NCBI RefSeq assembly: GCF_009914755.1
Contig: NC_060925.1
DNA: 64,000 nucleotides
Origin: the human T2T-CHM13v2.0 reference genome, Homo sapiens
Strand: one strand, 5' to 3'
Every line of letters begins with the position of its first letter. Position 1 is the stretch's first letter. Below, in pieces: positions 63,968-64,000 of the stretch. A model generated the notes under the pieces. It ran no database searches and was not told the DNA's origin. It saw only the letters and a program-made list of their open reading frames with translations. The translations under genes were made by a program, and so were the position numbers.

Positions 63968-64000
63968 GGCCGGGCATAGTGGCTCAAGCCTGTAATCCTA
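63968..64000 (+). mobile_element. Start of an Alu, cut by the window end
   Basis: GGCCGGGCATAGTGGCTCAAGCCTGTAATCC. Confidence 0.85.

Overview
This is primate, almost certainly human, genomic DNA: it has a very high Alu density, two SVAs, L1PA and an AluYb8. There is no prokaryotic system, CRISPR array or RNA gene. From memory the window fits 1p34.3. It holds the CpG-island promoter, non-coding first exon and part of intron 1 of DLGAP3 (minus strand, about 1-11.3 kb; identity inferred from gene order), then about 44 kb of nested transposable elements. A GC-rich class A GPCR pseudogene follows at 56.97-58.13 kb (minus); its seven TM segments most resemble the platelet-activating factor receptor PTAFR, and it is probably LOC653160/GPR199P. 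The last coding exon and 3' UTR of TMEM35B lie at 62.2-62.8 kb (minus). The strongest observations are: (1) the disabled PTAFR-like receptor, which keeps its CpG island, a splice acceptor and a polyA signal; (2) two tandem RE1/NRSE (REST) sites in DLGAP3 intron 1; (3) a Kozak-context ATG-TAA start-stop in the DLGAP3 leader; (4) one hAT-Tip100 transposase fossil split by about 20 kb of nested insertions; (5) an L1 3' fragment with apparent A-to-G hyper-editing; (6) an inverted SVA pair; (7) an Alu-spacer-Alu unit sharing one target-site duplication. Repeat subfamily names and reference protein sequences are recalled, not from a search. Most ORF-track entries are shadows of repeats or GC-rich DNA.
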